DNA of 64,000 bases, taken from assembly GCA_965285935.1 (NCBI GenBank), contig OZ260663.1, positions 111,414,001-111,478,000 on the forward strand. Direction: 5' to 3'. The stretch is from Ophelia neglecta (lineage: Eukaryota). Both the position numbers and the translations under genes were made by a program. The notes below the pieces were generated by a model, which ran no database searches, was not told where the DNA came from, and saw only the letters and a program-made list of their open reading frames with translations. Each line of letters starts with the position of its first letter. Within the stretch, counting starts at the first letter, position 1. Of this stretch, positions 21,449 to 34,730 are shown one piece after another.

Positions 21449-21687
21449 TCTTTCCGTCAGAACCTGTACACACTTTTAAGCCAAAATAACAGTAATTCAC
21501 TAATATCTAACCAGGCACATTCGCAGCACAACACCAAGACACACAGTATAGCCTAGAAGTTCCTCATTTTAATTTAATCCAACACATACAAATCTAGTAT
21601 TTTAGTCCCACACCTCAATGCCTGCAAACCACTAAGTAGCCATGACCTTCACCTTCAGGCATTTAATATGAGATTACTTGTAGGTTT

Positions 21688-21690
<3 letters not shown>

Positions 21691-21734
<44 letters not shown>
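21691..21734. repeat. (TA)n microsatellite
   Basis: About 21 uninterrupted TA units, ~35 bp from the LINE 5' end. Confidence 0.95.
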
Positions 21735-21740
<6 letters not shown>

Positions 21741-24617
21741 ATATATAAATCAGAAGGACTGGGAGGTAATGGAAAAAGAAGTATAAAGGAATAAGTGAAT
21801 TCTGTACCAACTGTTTCCATGTTTTAGCGCAGCTCGGTTCCCAAGAGACAAATTGGCTGTGTGAGGCCGAAATTAGATGAAAAATGTCGACGGGAAGGTC
21901 GTAAAAGACGTTCGCTCATTCATGTCAGTTATAAAAACATAAGTGCACAAAGGCAATGGGAGCTACTGCAGTTTCAGCCATAGCAAATATATCAACTTAA
22001 GATTGATGGTGGGACGATAGCGCCCAATATGTTTTTGTTAGTTTCCTTCCAGTGGCAGCTTTTCAAACTTCTTTCATTCTGTGGTAGAGTGCAGTTATAA
22101 GCAGAACAACCATCGATGAATAGGCTTGACAGTTGATTATATTATCCATACGTTAATTTAATTATTCGTAGCGCATGCCATGAAGGTACCTTGATTATTA
22201 TCCACAAATTATGTCTCACGTTTCACTTTCGTTAATTCTATTTTAATTTAGCTAATAATTCAATCATGGGCCACTCAGTCGGTTGCAATGTTTACACCGA
22301 TTACCAATATCACATTTTTCTCTTTCTCCGTCGTGTGTCCCCATGGTCAAATGAAGCATTTAGAGCGAGGAGTCGATCAATATGCTTGGTAACTGATATT
22401 GGTCCGAGATCTTCTATCTTGTAGAAGCATATCTAAGGAGGAAATCATATCGTTGCACTCAGGACAATGTCTACGTTCGATTTGAGGTTTAAATTCAGCC
22501 GACATAAGATCCCTAATCAGGACACGCGCTACGAACACAGAACAAGGCTAGTGTTATCTGGAATTTACTCATGTGAGCGTAATTAGTGATTACAAAAAAA
22601 AGAAGTGTGTGTGTGTGTGTGTGTTGCCTTGTGGAGAAGGGGGCGGGTACTAACTGTACATTGGATTCACAGTGTGTACATGAGCATCACAACAACCATG
22701 CTTAACGTTTATATGATGAACCAAACTGACCCTAGTATAATCGCCTAAATAAATCGTCATCAAAACCAGGGACTGGAAAAAAGATCACAGTTAAGAAAGC
22801 AACTACACTTTACGCCTGTGAAAGGTGATAATGGGGGAATTCGCAATTGCATAGTCCGGAGTGTCCATATTAGTAGCTGGATTAATTGTTATAGTCGATA
22901 TAAAAGAAAAAAATATATCTTACGAGCAATAGGAAGAGCGAAAAGTGAACCGCAAACGGCTGGCAGTTTCGGGCAAAATTAAAATGTCCATGGTACGTAT
23001 AAGAATTGATATAAGGGAAAGATTTTACCCGGGATTAAAAGATCTTCAAATTTTGTAATAAGGGTGAACTCGTAATTAAAGAACATGCCATTACTATATG
23101 TGAATAATATATCATAAGGTTAAAATTCTATTCAAAACTCTCATACTTTACTGAATTTTATGTTTATAGACAGATTTATTTCCTTTGATGATTAAACGTA
23201 AAAAAACCTTACGGGTTTACCTTCAATTACAAGTTCGATAAAACAACCTTATACCATGTTTGTGTCGTGTGCAAGCAGGTTAACTCGACATTTTTGAAAC
23301 TATTACGTTTATACATGAATCAATCTGAATATTGACTCTTTGATTCTAGATTATTTCAGTTATTAATGGTATTAAGTTGGTGTTATATGGAAATATGGGT
23401 ATGTTTGACCATATTTTAGACATCTCTATTCATTCCTTGTATTATAAATTCCGCCCTTTGTCGCTACAGCAAATACTGCACATAAAAGTAGGCCACACTA
23501 TAAAGGACGAATCAATTAATTAGTATATATGATGTAACCCAAGGAGATGTTGCATGCAGGCGATGTTTTCGATATTTTGGCCAATCATGTACTATTGTAA
23601 AAGGTAAGCCTTTTAATAACAGTACAAGCCAGTCCATTAATGTCACCTGTGCCACATTATGGCAAAACATGGAATGGCGAAATTTTCCTGTCCCGAAACA
23701 TCCCTGTTTACATTAGAATAAATTGTGAAAGTATTTTTCCCTTTTAGTCAGGTCCAAACGCTTATATTCCCCAAGCGCTAGTGAAATCAAGGGCGAACTA
23801 ACAGATGATCTCATAACAGTCACAAACAATACTAAACACGTCGGGCGAATTTTAAGTGCCTAGGTAATGAAGGGAATGAACTTTAAGGTAGGCTAGACGA
23901 TTCTCCGTGGACCCGCCTTCTTCACTTCTAAGGGAATAATGTTGACCGAAACGATAGTATAACATATATATTATGTAGACAACAATAGTCTACCTTTATT
24001 GAAACAACACTAACGGCAGACCATTATTGTGTCTGTATATCAACGAGGCTGCTGATAAAGAGGGTAATTCTGCGTTATTAACACAGTAGAAGAGCTAATT
24101 TGAAAACACGAATAAGGCAAATCCGTCATTTACTATATTCTTACACGTTAGCAAAAAGTAATTAATCTAATTTCTCAACCAAATCTGATCTCTGAGCATG
24201 TCTTATTACTCAACTGAAAGAAATCGGGCACAACAAACAGTAATCATTCGCCAGAAGTTGAAATTAACTAGAGTAAAGAGTTCTATTGTGTTCAATTTTA
24301 ATTAGGCCGTGTTTTCGTTCCTGAGTTTCGAAGCTTCGAAATCCCGTATAAAACCATAATCACGTAAATATTTAACAACTTCTAATTCATAACATGGGAG
24401 AAGATTGTCCCAAAGATTCAATGCATTGATACCTGATGATAACCGATTAGTAAGTGAATGTTTCTATTTAAACACTACCAGGGCATATCCACCATGCTTG
24501 TAACTTTGGTATTTATACAAGTGGCAACCTTCGAACACTCTTATCATGGCGTAGACCGAGTGCGTTCAAGGTACACAACAAACGAAAATAGTTCAATTCG
24601 CGAGAGAAAGTGCCTCC

Positions 24618-25665
24618 ATGACGTTGGACATGACTACAAATCCTATTTCCCTGTATACGGAAATTGTGTTATCATCCAACCTTTCCCGGTGAATACATGC
24701 CCGATCACTGGCAGAACAAAAAAAAAGAATCTATGTGTCCTGACCTGCTTGGAAGACAATCAGAAATGTACGGAGGGCCACCTATCGCAGCGATTGGATT
24801 ATTCGGCCACCTTTATGGTCATTTGGTGTTCCAGTGTGCGCCATTTGTCATCGTCCGATTATCTGTCTGTACTGGAACTACAGACACACGGGCGCTGCTC
24901 TACCTTGTTTGTGGTACTCTTATTCAGTTGCTTCGACCGTTTTCTACAGGGCGAATTGTATTCTTCGCGATACGAAGATGATTGTGGAAGTAATTCAGTA
25001 TTCTGCTACCGGCCTGATAGTATCGCTATTAGTCGAAGGCTTTCTAGTCACGTGGTTTCCTTTCACAGCTCCAGGCTCATATAGACCTACGACGGCCGGC
25101 ATAGTTTTTGCCACAATGAGAGCCCTATCACTGGTTTACAGTTTATCCACTGTAGCTCAATTCAGGATCCGTCATGGACGATGCGATGTTATAGATCATG
25201 ACTTCTACTTTAACCAGTATCGAGCCGATTGATGTTCCCAAGTCTTTACTCGTTTATCCCCGTATCGCTTCTGGTCATCATAAAAACCGCTACGGCTGTA
25301 CACCTACTACGCAATCGTGACGACTCCTTAGCATAAAATCAAGACAAGACGTCCCCCTGGTGACCAAAGTAATTTTCGTCGTAGAAGCTGCCTACACAGC
25401 GTTCACCATTGCCAGGAAGCATATTCCAGCCAGTAATGAAGGAGCGGCGTAGGTGCCAATTGTTTAAGATGGCGTATACTTCTAATATGTGCTTGTTTCA
25501 GAGGAATTCAGAAAAAGATTTCTGGCCAAGGTTGGCGTAAGGAGTGCAAAAAAAAACACAACCAAGGTAGGATGCGCCTCTGGGAAGCAATCGCATAGTC
25601 ACCAGCTCAGGTACTTGTCTGTTATTAGTAGGATGTCTCACAAAAACATTACAAGCATGGTATAA
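24618..25665 (+). pseudogene. Intronless rhodopsin-class (class A, peptide-receptor-like) GPCR pseudogene
   Basis: Stitching frames gives colinear segments: TM1 YGGPPIAAIGLFGHL, TM2 RHLSSSDYLSVL/TDTRALLYLVCG, TM3 VIQYSATGLIVSLLVEGFLVTWFP (degenerate ERF), TM4 AGIVFATMRALSLVYSL, TM5 LYSFIPVSLLVIIKTA, TM6 VTKVIFVVEAAYTAFTI and TM7/H8 YF*YVLVSEEFRKRFL. Several frameshifts and stops; the end coordinates are approximate. Confidence 0.8.
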
Positions 25666-25934
25666 AAAAAGCTATGACGATCACAAGCAAGTCACCCTTT
25701 TCTGGATAAATAAAGATGGACGCTTAAGCGAACTTGAATGTTTAGTTTGCAGTTGGAGATTGCAACTATCCCCGCGTATGCCGTTATGTACAAATTGTAA
25801 GGCGATAGTCTTAACCTTAATGCCGTAGTTTATACATGGATTGATAGATTGTGTAGTTTGTAGTGTATAAATTTTAATTCTTATGTCATAACATTTTATT
25901 AAAAGGAACAAGAAATGATTTACAAATATCAATA

Positions 25935-26012
25935 CGAGCCATATAACTAATATACGCCATGTCACTAATATACGCTGTATCAATCGCCATGTCACTAATA
26001 TACGCCTTATCA
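25935..26012. repeat. Short ~18-bp degenerate tandem repeat
   Basis: cgccatgtcactaatata is repeated 3-4 times with variants. Confidence 0.7.
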
Positions 26013-26221
26013 CTGACATTGGTAGTATCAGTCCACACATTTACTAGCTGTAAGGAAATGCAGGAACAAGCAATGTTCCATGTGTACCATTGTTTGGATC
26101 ATATTGAAGGGTCGCATAGATCTTTGCGGCCAAAAGGAAATCTGCGTGAACCCCATTATCACGATATGTCAATGCCAATAAAACACAACTTATATATAAC
26201 TCAACGTGTAGAACATAACTA

Positions 26222-27170
26222 GTGGTGGGTTATGGGTGTGTTATGTGTTATGGGAGGGCTATGGGGCGGGTTAAGAGTGTGTTATGTGGTATGGGAGGGC
26301 TATGGGGTGGGTAAGGGGTGTGTTATGGGAGGGCTATGGGGTGGGTTAGGGGTGTGATATGGGAGGGCTGTGGGGTGGGTTAGTGGTGTGTTATGGGAGG
26401 GCTATGGGGTGGGTTAGGGGTGTGTTATGTGGTATGGGAGGGCTATGGGGCGGGTTAGGGGTGTGTTATGGGAGGGATATGGGGTGGGTTAGGGGTGTGT
26501 TATGGGAGGGCAATGGGGTGGGTTAGGGATGTGTTATGGGAAGGCTATGGGGTGGGTTAGGGGTGTGTTATGGGAGGGCTATGGGGTGGGTTAGGGGTGT
26601 GGTATGGGAGGGCTATGGGGTGGGTTAGGGGTGTGTTATGGGAGGGCTATGGGGTGGGTTAGGGGTGTGTTATGGGAGGGCTGTGGGGTGGGTTAGTGGT
26701 GTGTTATGAGAGGGCTATGGGGTTGGTTAGGGGTGTGTTATGGGAGGGCTGTGGGGTGGGTTAGGGGTGTGTTATGGGAGGGCTGTGGGGTGGGTTAGGG
26801 GTGTGTTATGGGAGGGCTGTGGGGTGGGTTAGGGGTGTGTTATGGGAGGGCTATTGGGTGGGTTAGGGGTGTGTTATGGGAGGGATGTGGGGTGGGTTAG
26901 GGGTGTGTTATGGGAGGGCTATGGTGTGGGTAAAGGGTGTGTTATGGGAGGGCTATTGGGTGGGTTAGGGGTGTGTTATGGGAGGGCTGTGGGGTGGGTT
27001 AGGGGTATGTTATGGGAGGGCTATGGGGTGGGTTAGGGGTGTGTCATGTGAGAGCTATTGGGTGGGTTAGGTGTGTGTTATGGGAAGGCTATTGGGTGGG
27101 TTAGGGGTGTGTTATGGGAGGGCTGTGGGGTGGGTTAGGGGTGTGTTATGGGAGGGCTATGGGGTGGTTT
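26222..27170 (+). repeat. 34-bp G-rich minisatellite, about 27 copies
   Basis: Consensus TTATGGGAGGGCTATGGGGTGGGTTAGGGGTGTG, head to tail with no spacers. Confidence 0.97.
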
Positions 27171-30100
27171 AGACGACTAATATTCAGGGGCTATTGAGGT
27201 ATCACGGCAACCATTATCCACAAGCCCATCGCACAAAGAAGACAGCTGCTTAATTAAAAGAAATAATCTCTCGCTTTTGAGTGTAAGTGTTTCACTACGA
27301 ATTAATAATACATACAGGTAGAACTGAAATGCATTTTTCGTTTCCAACTTTTAACATGTTGGGCATACATGGCCTACCCAACCTTCCTTAATTATAAATA
27401 GAATATACCTCGCGGCATGAAAGGACCTTTTCGGATCCTGACTGCATATACTCAAGAACAATCATCTTATGCACTTCACAGCTGAGGTTGGTGTTACAGT
27501 GAAAAGTGGATGGTGGATGTTAAATGTACCTTGAGGAAAATTCCAGAATGCATGTTTGTTGATGCATTCTTTACCTGTGAGTATCTGTTATTTATAACTA
27601 GAGACCACAGTTATTTATTACAGAAGATGTTTGATGTATTTTTGGGGGGGAAAATCCTGAAAAAGCGGCTTCGCTTTTTTGACTGCAAGCAGCTTGTCAC
27701 GTCTCGCAAGAGATATCTCATCATAGTATATATGAAAGCAACCGTATCTGGCATTAATGAGGTAGTAATGATGCGCGAAATATCCTCGGCAGTGTACTGT
27801 CTTTTCTAGCAATAGTTGGCACAAAAGCGTTACAAAGGTTACCAAACGGTACGCTAATGATGGCTGTTTCTCCTTTCTACGTGACATCCTCTGCAAAACT
27901 GATATGGTATTGATCGGGGTTTCTGGTAGCCTTAAACCTAGACATTTTGTTCCACAATGATCTATTTAGGTTTTTTTTCGTCTGCATTAGCGATTCCCAT
28001 TGATGTTTAATTTTGCCCCATTTGTAGTATATAATGATGACACTAGCATGGCCTTTCTCATAAAGATATATTCAATTTCTGGATGTATCTTATGATCGAT
28101 TATAAAGCTGACAGATTGATGACAAAGAGAATGTGAAACATAATACGTCAAATTATGGTTGTTCTTAATAACTTAAGAAATCAATAAAAAATGATATGTA
28201 GTGCCCTTATAGCCGAACCTTTTGGATGGCCTGAATTGACAAAAGAAATCAAACATGCTTTACCTAATTATTTAAATATCATACGAGTACCTATGCGAAT
28301 TTTCACATGCCCATCACCTCATCAAAATATACAATTATCTGTTTATTCCTTATATCTAATGCCGTTTATTATGTAGCATCTGGAATGTGTGGGTGAACAA
28401 TATGCATATATTTATAACGCAAGTGCTTATAGTTATACTTATTACAGTCAAAATGAATACATAAGTGTGATACAAAATGTATCGGTTGCCGTTTCATATG
28501 CTTATAAAGAAACTACAGTATTGAATGCATTAAAGTTGCTTTCAATAAGACTTTTATGATATCAATAATATACAGACACGACAAGTAATTGATTTCTTCG
28601 TTGGAAATTATGCGTGAATGCTAAAGATATTTAAATTTCTACAGAGCAGTTGAACACAGCAGACTGCCTTCCATGTTACCAACAAACATGTCGTCCACAT
28701 GCACTATATGGTTAATCTGACCATAGCCAAGTTCTATCCCCTGGAGTGCTTAACACCAAAGTAGCCATAGAACGACAACTTTCATCTTTCAGAATCCAAT
28801 TTGTTGGTCGAATTAGTAAACTACACAGTCAGACAGTTCAATTACAAATTCACCTGCGACCACCTCGTGAGGAGAAGAGTTTGTACGGCACCAAATCTAA
28901 AATAGGACTGTTTACTTGCTTTGAAACACTGCTTCGAAGAAAAAACTAGAGCTGAATTTCATGGCTCTATTCACATGAATGTTTGCATCTTTATATATAG
29001 TTCTCATCAAAATGCATCACCAAAATCTGTAGTTCACGGACCAATTAATCCTCTTCACACTGTTCCAATATTATGCATATTTATCTTTATAAGAATGAAT
29101 ATACTTTGAATATGCACTGTGTTTGCCCTTTAAATATCTGTGTTTATTATTAAGCTATTTATTAAGTATTCAAACTGGCATGGTTTTTGCAATTTCAAAT
29201 AATAATAAAAATACTAACATATCCTTATTTGCACTGGAATTGACATATTGGAATGAGAAAGCAAAACTTAGGATTAAATTGTCATATTGGAAGCTGGCAT
29301 TAACCGCTTATACAGTCCCGCTTGCCGGAAACCGTGGTGATATCGCGATATGGGGTCGGAAAAATGTCGCCGTTATGCCGCAATAATATCCCGATAATGT
29401 CGGCATCCCTGGCGACATTATTGCGATATTTCCTCGACGTAGGTCGCAACATTATCGCGAGATCGCCCCAAGGCCAATACCTATTCACCTACTTACACCC
29501 GTGTTTATAAACGCGACAGAAAATATAGTTCCTTTCAATAACATCAATTTCTAGTATAAGAGCTTTAACGTAGTGACAAAGGAAAATGCTTTTCCGCCGC
29601 CGCCGCCGTGTATCCTAGTAGGCCATTCCACAAAAAACGGCCTCTTTCTTTTTAACAATTACTACTAACAACTCACCGAAACCATATAATATTGGGCTAC
29701 TGACATTTTATTGGGCTAATTAAATACGTGAAGAATGGAAGATATTGTATATATTCAAAGTAATTAAATTTATTTTTAACCGGAGCTCCAAAGAGCTTCA
29801 CAGAATGCTCCAAAACACTACGCGCATTGTAAGTGGCAAACAAGTCCAGCACGTTAGAATGGAAACTACTGGATTTGTGTAACGTAAGTACTTTGTTGTT
29901 GCGTTATATGATCTAACAACAGTTTTACTTAAAATAGATACTGCTGCACAAGAGATAAATATACATGTACTTGTAAAAGCACACTCAATGGTGCCGATTC
30001 TTCTTCACAGCCTTCATTGAATGTCATTTTTAAAGCGGCTAAAATGCTTATTATCGCATGTCTAATTATTGAGGCAATTAACTGTCTGATTTGAAGAATG

Positions 30101-33100
30101 GTCTAGGGAAATTCAATATTAAGGGCGTACGTTTTTATACATGCAAGAATTAAATTGATTATCTGAAAACTACAAATGACTGATGATATGCATTATTGCA
30201 ATTAATGCCAATTAAAGACTATTTACTACGCACGCGATGCCGAATTTGCACAAACTATACATCAATTTGGTCAGAATAATTCAATTCCGATCAACAAATT
30301 GGAAGTCATCGAGCCAGCAGCCATTATTTTTATATAGAAAACATGGATTGTGTTTCGTTTATAAAGTTATTATATGACAAGGCATTCCACTCAAAAAGTA
30401 CCCAAACAGAGCAATGTTCATGTTACTTTGCAAAAAGTCTTCAAATACCTGTCTTGGTTAGTATTGAAATGTGCATAATGCGAAATAATCCCCAGTCATT
30501 AGTGACAAAAGAGATGGAAATAAATCTCCTTGTTAAATCCAGAAAAGAACGCACTACTATATCTGTATGTGTTTAACAAACGACAACCTCGTCCGTTTCA
30601 AAGACGCTGCTGGTTTATTTTACACAGACACTTCTTCATTTCGGCTGCTCGTTAGTGATTGAAGCACTATATTCATGGGCCCAGTTAAAAGCAGTATCGC
30701 GGGCCTTATGTGAATGAAACTTGGTAAAAAACAATAAAACTCTACCATTAACTTGCACGATGATCAGCGTCATTTTGCAAAACAACGCTAGTCATTTAGG
30801 CTTATTGTTCTGAGGCAGGGAGACTAATGTCAAAAGATGATTTAGCAGGCTTAGAGTACACCCTCATGGCTCGTATAACAAAAGGACCGGACGTGATTAA
30901 TAAGAAACATTTATGATTGGATGTGAAGTAATGTGCAAAAGACTGCACTGCATGCACGATTATGTAGTGGCTCTAGAATGAGTCTAGACTATGAATTGCT
31001 CATTACAAGAACTTTACAAATAGGCGAAGAATGAAACAAAGGCTAAATTTTAATAAAATACCATAAATAACGCCAAGAATGTTTTGACCACCGTGATTTT
31101 TATTTTTGTACATTTTGACATTTATATTATAAAAGTAATGGAATTGACAATTATGCCACCAGAAAATCATCTAAGCTGCAGGTGCTTAAAAAAGTATAAT
31201 GCAGAAATCTCAAATAAAATACCAAGGCGTAATAATATGGAATAGTCTCGCTGATAAAATGCAGGTATTCCTGGTTTGAAATATAATCTAAGGCTTATCT
31301 ATTGCCAAATGTCTATTTGCCTATAATTTATTATTTGCTTGTTGTAGCCATTTGAATATATAGCGGACCATTTCTGCTTATATACATGTACTGGCACGTT
31401 TTGGTCAATTTCTATTACAATTGACTATTGAGTATGACTTGATGGAGTACATACTCCAGTAGGAGTATATATATTTTTAAAACCAGTAACGATGTGTATT
31501 ACAATGGTAATAAATCTTTTTCTGAACTAAATTAATTTTCTGCGTTGGAATTCCATTAGAAAAAAGGATACAAAACAACATGAAATTTGAATAATGCATC
31601 CGCATATGCTTAAGTGGGATGAATTGGCGAAACATAACAGACATGCTAAGATTTTTTTATTTTTTTATATTGCCAATCCTCTGGCATCAAGCTTATAAAA
31701 CCTTGTAAGATACGGGGGTACTTTTTTAGTTGAACTTGATAGCAAATTTTTCTAATATGAGTGACAACCAAATAAACAGCGTCAGAATGCATAGATATAT
31801 CCAACTAAGATCTAACTTACAGCCTCATAGTATTCCTTTGTACTCCTTTGTTCCCGCCTGTTGTTTCAGAATATTGCGGAAAATATAGCTGAATAATGCA
31901 CGAAAGATTTCTTAAAGAAAGTAAGGCAACTTAGCGAAATCGAATTCAACGAGTTTCCGACCTGCTAACTTCTCTTGATTTACTGTCTAGTCGGGTACAA
32001 CAACTCCAAATAAATTATCATTTAACTAATAGAATTATACATGGGAACCAGCAAAATGAAAATCATACTCTGTTGAACTATAATTTGTGAATTTTCAACA
32101 CATACAAGGTCACTATTGGCAATAAGCATGGAATTTTGCACGATAAATCCAACAAACTACTGCACAAAACGATAGACACAACTTTTAATAATTATCGTAA
32201 GATGCTGAAGTGCCCACTGATACGATATAGCTCAGTAATCGAACATGTAGTTTCGTTCAGTATTCAGCTGCAGGTGATTAAAAAATAAGGGATTAGAAAC
32301 TAAAAAGAAGTACTTCAAATTTCCATCCAATAGAACTAAAAATAACGCCACGACCATACGGCCGTGCTCGACACGTTTTACAACTAACTTATAGCGGCCT
32401 ACCCCAGCTCTGACCTAAAAACGATCCCTATTCTTAATGCATGAAGCAAAAATAATACATAGTGGCACTAAGAAGGCACCAACTCTCCCAGGGGGCATAT
32501 GCTTCTGCAAATATAAAGCTATGCGAGGAAACAAAGAGGTGATATATCATTCTGTCCTAATCAGATCACCGTAAAAACGTTTCCGTTGTCCACTTATTGC
32601 TGCACAAATTGCCTACTAAGTTGCCACAATACCCCCGGGCAGTGCCATTTGTCATCCTCCCTTCCGACAAGGCCATAAGGGATATCTAAGTGAAGACTGC
32701 AATTTAAACCTCCAGCTTATGGGAATAAGAAGTTCACTATTAGAAAATCGAAATCATCTCTGTAATAAAGACAAGATACTAAATATATCCAAATAAGAAC
32801 AATTATAAGTGCTGTCAGTGGTATCTTTTAATTAAAAAAAAATGGTGCATAAATATTACATACTTTGATGTTTGTACAAACAATTTGCTATGTAACCTAA
32901 ATACATTATATGTTAACCTAAAATATATAGTCACAAAATCGTATTCATAATTGCACTGATACGCATATAAACCCAAAGAAGGATATTTACGGTAATACAC
33001 ACGGCAATAACGCGATAATACACAAGGCATTAGCGCAAAATGTTGATTTTTCCGTACGCAAACGCCTGATTATTCCAATAAGCTGTAATTCATGAAATGC

Positions 33101-34650
33101 GCAAATTTATCACCCACTGTTCTCACATTCATAAAGAAATCGCGGATATATATAGCTAGTCGTTAGGGGTAACAGGAATAAATTACGTCGGATAAATATG
33201 ACTAGTCTTGGAGATATAATGGGTACCCATCACACAAATCCATATCGAAGAAGCGATTAAGACATTGGTTTCCATGGTAGCCGGTAGCCGTAGAAAAATT
33301 GACTATTATAAAGAAGTATCCCTGACTTTGTCATATTGCTTTGGCATTGTCATAAAACTCGGTTTGCGCGTATATCTCGACACATCGCTGGCTGGGGATC
33401 TCAATGCCCGAAGCCTGCTGTTTGCTATTTTGTAAGCACACCTGATATGGCTGATATATCAGGAATACCACTGGTTCTAGTGCGGGAAAGGGGTGAGAAT
33501 GCAAAGGACAGTACATATTTCAAAGAACACTCACGTGGCAGAATTTCATATGTGTATGATGCTATGGAAGGAGCATTAAACCGCGCATATAAAAACATTA
33601 AAAGGCCCACTATTTTCATATCATTTGGGAAGAGGGAAGGGGGGGGCATGCAGTGGTGTAGGGCAGTGATAATTTAAAACCCCGTATTAGAACGAAATAT
33701 AAAACATGGTTATTACAGTCAACCCCTGGTGGTGCCTGGAAAAATATAGAAATATGCACGTATATTTGCCAGTTAAAGTAATGGGTCCTTTAATGTTGCG
33801 CCTCCCGCCTCCCTCCCCCTCGAGTTAAATATCAATCCCACTAGATACCCCAACTAAGGACTGGTACTTTCTTAGTGAAATCCAGATAAGCATGAATATT
33901 GCATTGCATAGTTATATTTCTTCTCCAGATGCTATGTCAGCAAGCAGATATAGTTCACATAATCTGTGTAAACACTGCTGAGGAAATTGCCTTGTGAGAA
34001 AACGGATAAAAATGATATAGTTTCAATATCCCCAATGTTGACAAATGGCACCAATTTTATCTAGTTTCCGTACCAAAGAAAGTTATCGAAGAAAAAGCAG
34101 TAAAGCCGAACAATATGGAGAGTGAAAACATGTGTTGAAACTACTAAGCAGATATAATGTTCCGGCATCAGAAATTGAGTAAAGCCAGTATATTTCCCGT
34201 TACCTATACACTAGCATGAGTTAATTAAATGTCATCTCATGCTATAAGGCATTGATGTCTTATTTTTCTTTAATTTATGCACCTTGCACCAAAGATGATT
34301 ATTATCCTTTTCCAGCGCATCGATTACCATATCAATGTAGCTGCTAAGTTCACGGAATTAACAACCTTTGGCTTCTAACCCCATTTGTCATAGTTTTCAT
34401 TGCATTTATCAAACACTCGGTGATTTATTTATGTTTAATCATAAAAATACTACTTTGTTCTGTTTTTAATTGTAGCAATTGTTACCAATTGAATTATTTG
34501 AAGCATTACATTTAAATCATCAATATAGCCTGTTTTGATTTTATTTTGCATTATATTTCTTTCTTCCATCTTTTGTTAACTTACAGTGTGTTTGATGAAT
34601 TATATATTTTTTTTATTTATTTGTATTATTTTGTATATAAAGGGTATATA

Positions 34651-34730
34651 TTCCAAAGGGTCGATAGTCCGAAAGGTCGATTGTCCGAAGGACCTAGGAT
34701 CCGAAGGGCAGATAGTCCAAAGTCGATAAT
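34651..34730. repeat. 15-bp degenerate tandem repeat (about 5 copies)
   Basis: tccgaagggtcgatag-like units in an otherwise AT-rich context. Confidence 0.7.

Larger units (their letters stand above)
16187..21655 (-). mobile_element. Full-length CR1/L2-group LINE (Crack/Daphne-like; exact clade not resolved) with intact ORF1 and ORF2
   Basis: 5'UTR, 254-aa ORF1, ~690-bp inter-ORF region, 1060-aa EN-RT ORF2, and a 3'UTR ending AATAAAATGTTC(TGAATC)3. No TSD was found. Confidence 0.93.

Noticed and set aside
24458-25084. 208-aa ORF as a genuine gene
   Set aside because: It crosses the frameshifted GPCR pseudogene, and only a short part (RHLSSSDYLSVL) is in the ancestral coding frame.
26222-27170. 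CRISPR array, true telomere, or Gly-rich coding repeat (ORF 26842..27036)
   Set aside because: There are no unique spacers, TTAGGG is not tandem, and the 34-bp unit is not a multiple of three.
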